Part shown: positions 54,090 to 64,000 of the stretch, piece by piece
How positions within the stretch are numbered: the first letter of the stretch is position 1
Layout of the letters: the number at the start of each line of letters is the position of its first letter
Source of the DNA: Octopus vulgaris
Lineage: Eukaryota
NCBI GenBank assembly: GCA_951406725.2
Contig: OX597815.1
Location: 94,116,001-94,180,000, forward strand
Length of the DNA: 64,000 bases
Direction: 5' to 3'
Translations under genes and position numbers: made by a program
The notes under the pieces: model-generated
The model's input: only the letters and a program-made list of their open reading frames with translations
Told to the model about the DNA's origin: nothing
The model's database searches: none

Positions 54090-54281
54090 CCGTTAATAAT
54101 CCAGGCATAATGCATAGCGGCATTTCGTTCGTCTTTACTTTCTGAGTTCAAATTCCACCAAGGAACTTTGCCTTTCATCCTTTGGGGTTCGATACAATAA
54201 GCACCAGCTGAGCACTGGGGTCGATTTAATCAACTAAGCCCCCTATTCCGAAATTGCTGGCATTGTGTCAACATTTGAAAC

Positions 54282-54282
<1 letters not shown>
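54090..54282 (+). mobile_element. tRNA-derived SINE followed by (ATT)n
   Basis: ttctgagttcaaattcc..gcctttcatcctttgggg. Confidence 0.8.
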
Positions 54283-54366
<84 letters not shown>

Positions 54367-54489
54367 GTTATTATTATTATGGGTATCACATTTTTAAATA
54401 AATTCTATAAATATTTGATCATTTTAGCCGTTCATTATATATTCATTATATCATATTATATTTATTATTCGATTCACTCAGAACTTAGC

Positions 54490-55110
54490 AGTGGGTCTTA
54501 AAATGAACCACATGAAAACAAAATATATGCGGCCGGAAGACGTAGCACAAGGTCGAATAGAGGTGGGAAGCGATGAAATGGAGGAGGTAAATGAATATAT
54601 CTACTTAGAGTACACAGTGAATATGACCCAAGGGCAGCATGGAAACCATTTCACTCAATAAAGGATGTGCTCCAAACAAAAGTTAAACACTATCATATAT
54701 GTCAGACAGCACCGCCCTACCTGCATGCAAGTGAGATGTGGGTTACTTTGAAGAGGATGGAACATCGATTGGCCACAACTCAACGGACCATGGAAAGATC
54801 CGTGCTATGAATATCATTCGAAATGAGATTATACGAGAGGGAGCGGAGTGAACGATGTGATCACAGAATATCCAAATCACAAGTTCCGCTTGATGGACAT
54901 GATGCAAAGTTCACAGACATTATGTGGACCTGTGCAGTTGCCGAGTGGTGTCTAACAGGTCGCTAAAGGTTACTTTGAAGGCCTCCACGACGATAGGAAG
55001 ACGATTTAGTCAAGCAATTTGGGTCAAAATGGATAAGAATGGCACAATCAAGATAGAATTGGAGGCATATTGTGACCAGCGGTGTATAACAATATCTGAT
55101 GGTTTGGTCG
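54490..55110 (+). mobile_element. RTE-type LINE remnant
   Basis: GLKMNHMKTKYM..MEEVNEYIYL; ASEMW..LATTQRTMERS. Confidence 0.75.
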
Positions 55111-56038
55111 ATATTGCGATAATTATTATATTCCGAACTTTGGAGTAACTACAGAAAATAACTGATCAGTGTACGAACTTGAAATACAAAAGTTTTTTTT
55201 AAAGCAAGGTAAGCACCTATGACTTTTTCATGACCTTTGAGACTGGTGAGGGAGAAAAGATGAGAAACCACACTTCATAGCTTGCTTCAGTTAGAAGCAG
55301 CACGTCAAAATATTGAATTGTCTTAAGACTTGATACCTGGGCTGAATGTTTATCTTGTTGACCAGCTGGTAGTGTTTACACAGGGCAATGATTAAGTCTA
55401 CTACCCGAATAAGGAACCCTACTTCACTCAGAAGATTTTGGTCGATCTGAGGCTAGAGAAGAAGGCGCTTGCGCAAGGTATGACACTGTAGGATTGAGGC
55501 TGGAACCAAGCAGTTGCGATGCGAATGTATTTGATACTGCAAATTATTTACTCCAGAAACAGTAATCACCATCACTTTACGGTAGCATTAAGGCCCAGAA
55601 AATCTTTCCGATACGAGAAACGTAGTTTTTTGTTGCTTCTGATATAATGGGAAAATAGGCTTTGCATCACGGAATTTCACATAACGACAACGCAATACTC
55701 TTTAACACTTTCCAAAACGCAACGCTTCGTAACGCAAAGAATACTTGACTGAAAAGTTCCATTGTGAATGACAGACTCGATAGAGTAGCAAACAACAAAA
55801 CAAGAAGCATGTCGTTCATATCTCGTTTTCGGCACTACCGTGTTTGAATCCCTATCTATTTATGTAAATATGCCATGTAGTTTTTGGCAGGGACGTACTT
55901 TAAATATGAGTATTTTCATGTATACAGAAAATAAATCAACGTAAAATAAACTAGCGAATTATTAGAAGTGTAATTTGACTCTCATTTGCTTAAAAATCAG
56001 AACCTATAGTGTACCTGTCAAGTATGCACACGCACACA

Positions 56039-56070
<32 letters not shown>

Positions 56071-56704
56071 CACACAATGACTTACACATATGCAATGACG
56101 CACACACATACACGCATGTATGATCGTTTTAGTTATCTTGGCTATATGTTTGAGCATTGTCATCGGTGACGATTGCTATAAAACGACTATTGAAAGACTC
56201 TGTATGCCGGTACTCTATGGAAACTGCTTGAAAAACAATCATATTCTGCTCAAACCTCTGTCTACCATCTTCAAATAATGAAGAATAAAATTTGGATAAT
56301 ACAATTGGTTGGTCATGGTTGGAATGCTTTGATCATCAGTCTACTAATTTTGGGTTGACCTAAGCAACAACAAGGACAAAAACAGTTAAAATATTTTTGG
56401 GATATGTGTCTTTAGTAAATCCTGGTGGTCCAATTTTTTTGTACTGTTTACCATCTCTCACTGTATTACCAGTGAGTTAATGGTGCCTGAAATACTCATT
56501 TCTAATGAATGAGTGAATATGTTAGAAATATAATGTATAAATAATATTCTCTAAAACACCAGGAGAAACTTTTCTTAGGTTATTTAGTCTTTCGGGAATT
56601 CACTGACGTAATTATTGTCTCTAAATACCAAACTGCTTTAATTTAGACACCGGATAAGAAAATGTGAAGAAAAAAGTCTTAGAATCTGACAGTGCCTTCC
56701 ATTA

Positions 56705-57400
56705 GGGTGCTGGTCATAATCCCGAAAGACACAATCTTGAATGCCATAATCCTGAATGTTGAAATCTTAAAAGATCTGAATCCATAAAGGTTGAAATTCC
56801 TGGCATACGGAAACAAACGCTTGCTTTACTTTGAAAGTGAATGGCACAGAAAAAGGTAAGAAAAAAAAAAAAAAAAAGAGAAAGAATATGTCGAAAGGTT
56901 AAAATCTCGAATATTGAAATCCTGAGAGATTGAAATCCTGAAAGCATGTTTTATGCTGCAAGAACCATCAGAGCATTATTACATTTCCTTCCACTTTGGC
57001 GTAAAAAAGGTATATTTATTCTGTGTTTTCTTTTGCAACACATTTGGCACTCAAAGAAACACTTAAATATGAACTACACAATAAATGTTAATACCAGAAC
57101 ACCAGTATGAAGATTGACAATCTATAACCAGATTTTCCGTGCATGCTCAAGTGATTCGATTCTGTACTTTCACAATTTGTATAACACTTGCTGTGTTTTG
57201 TTTTATATCGCATTAAATTATCATCTCACTGTCATTTTCTTAATGTACACTCTACCACGGAATGGAAGAGATCTCCCGAAATTGTTCCCCATCAAAAGAG
57301 TGGGATATATCTAAGTTAGAGGCTCTATAATGGTGAAATAATAAAATTAACGATTAATTACTACTGGTGCTGCTAAAACAGAAAATTGCTTAAATTCTGA
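56705..57400 (+). mobile_element. Ricksha-like MuDR 5' end: terminal aatccc repeats and FLYWCH start
   Basis: gggtgctggtcataatcccgaaagacacaatc..gccataatcctgaatgttgaaatc; atggaagagatc..NYYWCC at 57262-57400. Confidence 0.8.
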
Positions 57401-59190
57401 AGAGTCTATTAAAAAAAAAAAAATTCGAGATTGCATCCACTCTCCAGACAAAAGCGATGCATCTGTTTCGAAGCTTGTAGAAGTGTAAACATAAAATCAC
57501 CAATATATAAACAAGAAATATTCAGTCTCTGCCACTTGAGACATTGTGGCAAACGTGTCTTAATAAGCAAACAAAACACTGGAATAGAAGATAATTTCAT
57601 TTAATGTAAGATTCAAGGCTAACTTGAAAGATAATTTGTTATTACATATCAGAAATTCTAATATGTGTATGTGTGTATGTGCGTGCGCGTGTGTGTGAAT
57701 TTGTGAGGGCACGTGTGCATGCTCTTTAACGTATGTATAAATGTATGTTGAGTTAACGGTGCGTTTAGGATATTATTAAACCAGTCTAAGGTTTACTGAT
57801 TTCATAAATTAGTTCAAGATTTAAACTTTACTCACCAGTAGATATATATATATACCAGAACTTCTTACACACAACATATTCCTTCATACATACATTAATT
57901 ACTCAGTATCTTTTATTGTATCCTATACAAATTCATCCACCGTAAAATTCTTTACCTATAAACAAATTTCCTAACAACTCGACTCATAAGACACATAACT
58001 TAATCTATATTCTGGCCTTTCACCGTAACGTCCTTCAAACGAGACATTTACGTGCCCGAGAATTCTTTTCTTGCAGACATATATCTCTTTTAATTTCCAC
58101 ATCACTCTTCCCACACATATACCACCCTGCCAGTTGACCAATTAAACTTATCCAATTTATTTTTAATGACCAAAACAAACCATGTATCTGTATTTATATT
58201 TATACATCTTCGAGGGTCCTACTCAAACCCTCACATCCTCACACTAACATAGAAACACTATAAATAAAACACAACCATGATTACACCATACACACTCCAT
58301 AGTCTTATCAATAAAACCCATTCCCTATAAATCTGACACCCATCTCCCACAAGGGACTCTTTTTACCTGATGCACCGGAGTTACACGTCATCAGAAATGG
58401 TGGTGGTGGTGTAAGTGATCGCAGGGTTTATGGTGTAGTGGTGACATTTGAGGTGGTGGTAATGATGATGGAGGCAGGGTCCTCATTGACTTCTGCAAAA
58501 TAAGTAAAGAAAGTTTGGGTTTTGTAACAACACATTGTAAATGTAGAGGTTATTTTGTGCGTGTGTTCGCATATGCGCATGCTTGTGTATTGAGTATGTG
58601 TGTATGTGGTGTGTGTGTGTGAGGGGAGGGGGAGCTGTATGTGTAAAGAGAGCAATGAGTAAAGTTTACGACCAGAGCAAATATTTGTATACGTGTATGT
58701 CTGATTGTATGTGTGCGCGCGCGTGGGTGGGTAGATAGGTTTGTGGGTTTGTGTGTGTGTGTGTGTATGAGTGCGTGCGTGCGGGTCTGTGTCACTGTGT
58801 GTTCGTTTCACACTCTCTTTCTCTCTCTGTATGTTTGTATGTATGTATGTATGTATGTAAGAAAGTACTTATCTATTTATATACTTTTTTTTGTATTTAT
58901 TGGAATTCTACCTAGAAGGAAGGAATTGGTTTTTAATAAAGATACAAAGCACCATCCCTGAAATTTAGAAAACAACAACGTTACATTAGAAAATTACTAT
59001 TTGTAAATCTCACAACGAGAGATATTCAGCAACAGTACCTTGGAGTAAGGATTATTTGCCAACATAACATGGCAGTCCTAGTTTATTTTCTAATAATTTT
59101 CTAAATTATAGATCAGTGACTAGTTGTCACTTTGAAAACTATATATTCCGAACGAGAATTTGGCAGTGCCATCTCTAGCCGAACAATTAT

Positions 59191-59235
59191 TCTGTGCTGA
59201 TGAAGGGAAATAACGTGGAAATCGCGATACACAGA
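59191..59235 (+). ncRNA. Hammerhead motif with palindromic stem III
   Basis: tctgtg-CTGATGA-agggaaataacgtg-GAAA-tcgcga-TA-cacaga; stem II poorly paired. Confidence 0.65.
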
Positions 59236-59419
59236 TATTGTTTTGAACTGAGTGGAGGTGCTAGATTCCCTTGTTCGAAAATGTAAGGACACAGATCGTG
59301 TCGTATAGCCAGCTGGAGACGTTGTCTCCTGGGATTAAATTACAGCAACATTCCTCCTAAACCAGGACTACCATGTTGTGTTGGCAAATAATCTTTACTC
59401 CAACAACGTTACATGTTGA

Positions 59420-59820
59420 ACTTTAGAAAAGTCTTGCATATTTTTACTGTTGCGCTTACAGATTGTATCTGTACTGTGCGTGTTAGCCGGTCATTTTCTT
59501 TACCCTAACTTTCCCATATTTCCATTTAGTTTTCGTAGTAGTTTGAAAGAAATGTCCATATCTGCAGAGCAGCTAATCTTTATGTCAGTCGTAGGTAATC
59601 TGCGGTCTGCGGGACTTTCTGAATGGCATGCCAACAAAAAAACTACCTTGAATTTGTTTTTAGTAGCACAGTCTGTCCGATGATAAGTCACACCCCACGC
59701 GGCCGGTTTCACGAAAGAGCTTGCCCATACCTGCTCTATACAATACATGATTTTCCTTTCTGTCTCAAATAACCACGACAGGCCAAATGTGCACAACGGT
59801 AGAAGTTGTGTTAGTAATGT
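59420..59820 (-). mobile_element. R4/Dong-like LINE remnant
   Basis: IKISCSADMDI motif; 3' part matches gaaaagtcttgcatatttttactgtt at ~21007-21031. Confidence 0.6.
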
Positions 59821-59869
59821 TCCACCAATATTCCTTGTATTGTTATATACATTCTTTTAGTCTTTTATT

Positions 59870-60060
59870 CTTTTACTGGTTTCAGTTATTTCACAGGGGT
59901 TATGCTGGAGCACGCCTTTAGTCGAACAAATCGACCCCAGGATTTATTCCTTGTAAGCTTAGTACTTATTCTATCGGCCTCTTTTGCCGGACCGCTCGGT
60001 TACGGGGACGTAAAAACACCAACTTCGGTTGTTAAGCGATGGTCGGGAGACAAACACAGA
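59870..60060. mobile_element. Dispersed octopus-type repeat/SINE fragment
   Basis: Inverse homology with 11270-11400. Confidence 0.6.
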
Positions 60061-60119
60061 AACACACAGACACACACGCACATACCCCCCCCCCCCCATA
60101 TATATATATATATATATAT

Positions 60120-60399
60120 CACTGTATCACGGTATTGACCAGGATATCGGATGTTGTTACAATCCACTTTGAGTCGCTGGTCACAATTCACTTTGCATCG
60201 TTTTACCTTTCGAATGACGCCACTCCTCTAGCTAGGCGAGCAGGTCTATGTATATTCTCTCTCTGTTAATTTCATCGTGTTCCTTTCTGTTGAAGAGCGT
60301 AGGCTCGAAACGTAAAAGACCTTCCCGAGCGTTAAACTAATATACCTGTTTCTTGTTTATTCACCTGAATTCGTCTTTTGTTTTTCTGTAAATATCAAC

Positions 60400-60401
<2 letters not shown>
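60120..60401 (+). mobile_element. PLE pLTR with hammerhead variant at 60283-60318
   Basis: cttt-CTGTTGA-a-GAGC-gtag-GCTC-GAAA-cg-TA-aaag; between (TA)n and (CA)n. Confidence 0.65.
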
Positions 60402-60441
<40 letters not shown>

Positions 60442-60802
60442 TATATATATATGTATATATATATACTCAGTAGAAGTGGCATTAATTAGATTTGGCCCAG
60501 GACTTTTTTTCTAGGGATAGTATTGTATAGTGTTTTAGCAACAACATCTTATCGCAGTGAGATGTAGTTACCGTAATGACATTTTTGGGCATTACATGTC
60601 ATGCCCTCCACAAAAGAGGACGAAAATAATTCAGCGGCGATGGGAAAGCTAGACGCGCATTTCTGTCTCTTTGAACTTCGTAGGTAGCATGTAGCCAATT
60701 TTTGTCTGTAACTGATGTATTTGTGCTTTTAAGCACAGCACGCCCATATCAGATATTTCTCCCGGACGAATATCGGTCTTTGCGATATTTTTGCGTACCT
60801 AA

Positions 60803-61003
60803 AGGTGGTGAACTGTCAGAATTGTTAACACGCAGGCATTTTTTTTTCCGATATTACGTTCTGAGTTCAAATTCGCCGAGGTCAACTTTACCTTTCAACC
60901 TTTCGAGGCCGATAAAATAAGTACTAGTCAAGTACTGGGGTCGATGTAATCGACTTGCCTCTTCCTCCAAAATTTCAGGCCTTGTGCCTATAACAGAAAG
61001 GAT
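60803..61003 (+). mobile_element. tRNA-derived SINE
   Basis: ggtggtgaactgtcagaattgttaa..gttctgagttcaaattcgccgaggtc. Confidence 0.8.
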
Positions 61004-61262
61004 ATTTTTGTGTACCTATGTATGAAACACAGAGAGCTATTTTAATCTAATACTGTTTTTGTTGCACATTACGGATGTATGTATGTATGTATGTATGTAT
61101 GTATGTATGTATGTATGTATGTATGTATGTATGTATGTATGTATATACATATATATACATTTATAAACACACACGCATATACTCGTATATATATATATAC
61201 ATATATATATTCTTTTACTTGTTTCAGTTATTTGACTGCGGCCATGCCGGAGCACTGCCTCG

Positions 61263-61342
<80 letters not shown>

Positions 61343-61553
61343 GTATGTATGTGTGTGTGTGTGTGTATGTGAGCGCGCATGTGTGTCTGTATGTGTGTGT
61401 GTGTATACACTTTTACAAGGAAAAGGCTGCCAGTGACTTCGATGTTTCGATGTCATTGTTAATGTTTATAAAAATGTATTCGAAAAGGTATTGAGTAATC
61501 GTTAAGTATAACGTTAGGTTGTTTTGAAATATAGCTTGACATAAAAATAAGCA

Positions 61554-61633
<80 letters not shown>

Positions 61634-61757
61634 TATCTGTATATGTATGTATGTATGTATGTTTGTATGTATGTATGTATGTATGTATGTATGTATGTAT
61701 GTATGTATGTATGTGTGTATGTATGTATGTATGTATGTATGTATGTATATATGTATG

Positions 61758-61789
<32 letters not shown>

Positions 61790-62567
61790 TGTATGTATGT
61801 ATGTATGAATGAATGTATGTATAGTTGTTATAGAGCATTCGCGAAATAGCGGCGAATAATTCTGTGCGGGCGTAAGAATATAAATAGGTGAAAAATAATA
61901 TAACCCGAATAACACGAGTAAAATTTTAGGCAAAGAGGAAACAAACAAAAATATACTACGTTTAGCATTCGAAAGTGCATATCTGAAAAATTGTAGAAAT
62001 AAGTGAAAAAAACAAAACAAAACAAAACAATAAATAAAGATGCTTAATCTGGCAAAGGAAGAAATAGAAGAGAATTTGATGTTTCGGGTGATACCCATTA
62101 TCAAATAGAAGAATGAAGATTAGTGAAAAAGAATTCTCCCTCTCTCTATTATTCCTCTTTATATATTTCCCGCCCTTCACACTCTCACCCTGTTCAGCAT
62201 TTGCTTCTGTTAAAAAAACTTTGCCTCTTCTTCAATATCTCTTTTCTATTACAGCCACTTAAGCACCCCCACCTATCTAAACTCCCCTATAACTAACCAT
62301 TTAGACAACTGTCATACATCTTTTAAATTTAATTATTTAATTTAAATGTAATTGTAATTTAATATTATTTCGATTTCATTGTCTGGTTAATGAGATAAAT
62401 TTATTTAAAAAGTGGATGCTTTTGAAGAGCGGTAACATTTAACTCGGAGTAAATAACTTGCCGTTATTCATATATGTAATACTTCTTTATGTATTGAATA
62501 CCATCACTTCTCATTTGTATTAACAAGGAAGGATATATTCACATATATGCATATATATATGCATATG

Positions 62568-62613
<46 letters not shown>

Positions 62614-62619
62614 TATTTA

Positions 62620-62855
62620 CAAATTCAATACCCATACATATCTTACATCTATTTTCTTTCCTCCACCTCACTCTCTATTTTGTATCACATCGAAACTAAC
62701 TATAACTTAATTTTTTCCTCTCACACCGTCTCCGATGAAGGGATATTATTAATTAATATCCTAGAAACAGCTGTAAGATCTTCTATCTATAAATGCTCTA
62801 ATATCTATACAACCTTGGTTTTTTATCTTATTACGCAAAAAATTCTTATATACAC
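62620..62855 (+). mobile_element. PLE pLTR with hammerhead variant at 62728-62779
   Basis: gtct-CCGATGA-agggatatt..aatatccta-GAAA-cagctg-TA-agat. Confidence 0.75.
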
Positions 62856-63005
62856 ATGCTGACATAGAACCAACGTTGATTCGCAACGTTTATTCGCAAT
62901 ATTACCGAATCTGGAACTTAACTACGGTCTGTCTATAGCACTTATTCAGCATTACCTGATACCTTTGGGTCTCAATGACACCATTATCTCTTATATATGT
63001 GTATG

Positions 63006-63099
<94 letters not shown>

Positions 63100-63154
63100 T
63101 ATACATATACATATTTATACACAAACACACACAAACACACACACTCATACACAC

Positions 63155-63300
63155 ATATATACATTTAGGAAGTTAGACGTTATGGCCGGCCATAGAGTGC
63201 TCTTTGGTTTCGCACTTACAAAGCGCTTAGCGGTATAGGTGCAAAACCAATGGTCAATCTATGATCGGCCATAACTTTTAACTTCCTAAATGTGTATATG
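63155..63300. repeat. Diverged ~65-bp inverted repeat
   Basis: catttaggaagtta..gttatggccg / cggccataac..taacttcctaaatg. Confidence 0.8.
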
Positions 63301-63519
63301 TGTGTATGTGTGTGTAAAAAAAAAAAATATATATTTATACACACACATATATTTATATATATATGTATATACATATGTATTTTTTTTTGTGTAGTTCCAG
63401 CTCAGAGCTGCGGCCATATACATCCATATATTTATATATACATCCATACATTTATATGTATGTGTACGCACACTCACACATATATGTAGAAGGTGGAAAA
63501 GTAACATATGAGTTGATAT

Positions 63520-63783
63520 GTATAAGGAAAGTAAGACAATGAAGAAAATGCTAATATAATTTTATCCAGAAGTATATTTTAGTACCGGTTCCCATCTTTT
63601 TCAGCTGAGAATAAAATAAGAAATACACATAAATTAGAGAAAAAAAATTAAGTGAAATATTTTATGGATGTTTCCATAGTCTTTAAATTGTCGAAAAAGT
63701 CTAAAAGACGAAAACCGGTACTAAAATGTACTTCATGATAAAATTATTTAAGCAAATCTTCTACCTTGTCTTATTTTCCTTAT
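63520..63783. mobile_element. Inverted pLTR pair with decayed hammerheads, same family as 13507-13580
   Basis: ttttagtaccggtt / aaccggtactaaaa; TTGTCGA..gtc-taaaa-gac-GAAAaccggTA; abuts (TA)n. Confidence 0.65.
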
Positions 63784-64000
63784 ATATATATATAGCATGC
63801 GCGTGTGTATACGTATATGTATGAAGGTATTAGTGTGTGTGTATGTGTGTGTGTGTGTGTGTATGAGTGTGTGTGTGTGTATGTGTGTGTGTGTGTATGT
63901 GTGTGTGTGTGTGTGTACCAAAGTATTTCTGCGCCTGCGTGCTTGTTCGTACTTTTCGGTAGAGAAGCCAACTAGACAGATTGCATTATCTGAAAGAACA

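Noticed and set aside
56714-56945. Short spaced aatccc/aatcct repeats, superficially CRISPR-like
   Set aside because: Irregular subterminal repeats of a MuDR element in eukaryotic DNA
57420-57600. Cys-rich minus-strand remnant, possibly a piggyBac C-terminus
   Set aside because: Too decayed to assign

Overview
AT-rich, microsatellite-saturated animal genomic DNA. The SINE families and repeat landscape point to a coleoid cephalopod, probably Octopus (inferred). The only host gene I can support is a spliced, divergent FABP/iLBP-family gene on the minus strand (exons 1-3 at 10556-10475, 4552-4374 and 3227-3117; last exon uncertain), largely missed by the ORF track. The rest is decayed mobile DNA: mariner/Tc1, hAT and other MITEs, Helitrons, two Ricksha-like MuDR remnants, Tx1/CR1/RTE/R4-Dong LINE pieces, tRNA-derived SINEs and a degenerate 28S rRNA fragment. 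The most striking signal is about 17 hammerhead-ribozyme-like motifs from several unrelated Penelope-like element (PLE) families. Many lie in inverted pseudo-LTR hairpins abutting (TA)n tracts and show palindromic stem III, compensatory stem changes and recurrent non-canonical core variants. All family assignments come from motif recognition, not database searches, and coordinates of decayed elements are approximate.
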